64,000 nt of DNA from Selaginella moellendorffii (lineage: Eukaryota > Plantae > Lycopodiophyta), in the NCBI RefSeq assembly GCF_000143415.4, contig NW_003314291.1, forward strand, positions 407,316 through 471,315. Reading direction: 5' to 3'. How positions within the stretch are numbered: position 1 is the first letter of the stretch; the number at the start of each line of letters is the position of its first letter. This document shows positions 62,848 through 64,000 of the stretch, piece after piece. Position numbers and translations under genes: made by a program. The notes beneath the pieces are model-generated. The model was given only the letters and a program-made list of their open reading frames with translations. It searched no databases and was not told where the DNA came from.

Positions 62848-63530
62848 AAACCATTTGATCGGACAGACACCAGTCATCATTTATGGCATGTATATTGTCT
62901 AGTCAAGCACTATCCGCATCTCCATAATCTGCTCAACCGGATGGATTCTTCGACCACTGAACATGAGCGTGGACGTATTAGAGAAGAGATGGCATTACTA
63001 TTGGGTTTAAATCTTGATAGTGTGGAGAGTGATGAAATTCCAAGATTATTGTATAGGTGTTGGAGGCAAAAAATAACAATCTGAGATGGCATGTATTTAT
63101 TTAAAAATGTAACTTATTATGGCATGGGGTTCCATGCCATTGTATTAATATTAAAAGACAATTCTTTGAGAGGATTTGCATTATACTAGAAGTGTTACAG
63201 CATGTTATTGGAAGTTTACGAAGTTGTTTTATTAATAAGGGGAAAGTAAAGATTGAATGGGGACTTGGGCTCCACCTAGACTCGGAGCAACTGAGCCAAT
63301 ATTAAAAGGATGGAAAGAAATTAGACGACGATGACAAGGAGAAGAGAGAGGTGAAGCAGTGGCAGGGGGAGGAGAAGTGATTGAGTAGACATTTCCTTGT
63401 TTAAAATAAAATGGCATGTGCCTCAATGCAGTTGAATTTTGTTATATTTATATACTATATAAAGGTTTGGAAACCTTATTTTACAAGTGGGATAATGACA
63501 ATTCCCACTTTAACGAAATAGAGCTTTAAT

Positions 63531-64000
63531 GAGCATCGCCAATTCCGGGAATATAAGGTGGGTGATCTCGTCTTCGTGCAAGTGATCTTTCCGTCAAGTG
63601 AGTGGCGGAACACCTTGGTGCCTTTACGGATAGGGAAGAGTGATAAACTCTCCCATCGATATGCTAGTCCATATGAAGTGCTGGAGCGCATTGGTAAAAC
63701 GGCTTATCGGGTGCGGCTGCCAGCTGGGGTGAAAATTCATCTGGTATTTTATGTCAGCCAGTTGAAAGGTGTACTATCTCGGAGTGACGGGCCCAATGCC
63801 TCCTTAATGTATACGGCTGTGGAAGATGGACCAGGAGCTTGAGCAGGATTCCCTAGAAAGGGTGATCACCAGTACAACTCATCCTTGGGACAAGGACTTT
63901 GTTGGGGGGGAAGAATTGTTAGGCGCCAGCTTTGACTACGTGGTCAACGTCGGTCAAAGGGAGGCTCAAGGGTATATTAAGGCATGTTAGGGTAAGGGAC
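63531..64000 (+). mobile_element. Gypsy integrase C-terminus (SH3-like), polypurine tract and start of the 3' LTR
   Basis: KVGDLVFV..KLSHRYASPYEVLERIGKTAYRVRLP..VFYVSQLK. PPT GGGGGGGAAGAA at 63904-63915, then TGTTAGG at 63917. Confidence 0.8.

Larger units (their letters stand above)
52564..63526. mobile_element. Large TIR DNA transposon, copy 2 (internally deleted)
   Basis: TIRs AAGCTTTATTTCGTTAAAGTGGGA and TCCCACTTTAACGAAATAGAGCTT. TSD TAAT (52560-52563 and 63527-63530). The empty site restores EKFANEHRQFREYKVGDLV. Confidence 0.93.

Noticed and set aside
52564-63526. Second transposon copy as a segmental duplication or mis-assembly
   Set aside because: Similarity stops exactly at the TIRs, the flanks and TSDs differ, and the copies have independent mutations.

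Overview
Eukaryotic, TE-dense plant DNA. TTTAGGG repeats, a plant tRNA-Met fragment, an ECH2 relic and 35-55 nt GT-AG introns suggest a compact-genome seed-free plant such as Selaginella (inference only). The main feature is two copies (4598-17190 and 52564-63526) of a ~13-kb cut-and-paste DNA transposon with 24-bp TIRs and 4-bp TSDs. Each copy is inserted into the pol gene of an LTR retrotransposon (Copia and Gypsy respectively). The element carries two divergent genes: a ~1020-aa Sola-like DDD transposase, and a large multi-exon cargo gene that reads as ParB-like domain + degenerate amino-methyltransferase fold + acidic linker + NIF/FCP1-type HAD phosphatase. About 20 copies of a 22-bp palindrome (ATGGCATGAGG|CCTCATGCCAT consensus) are scattered through the element, many in its mini-introns. 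This protein-plus-binding-site arrangement is the best candidate for an undescribed system. The window also holds a full-length Gypsy element with three tandem protease-like domains and four zinc knuckles, a solo LTR, three decayed secreted Cys/Trp-repeat peptide genes, and a ~7-kb segmental duplication carrying a signal-peptide PEBP gene and an ECH2 pseudogene. All domain calls are by eye from motifs; no searches were run.
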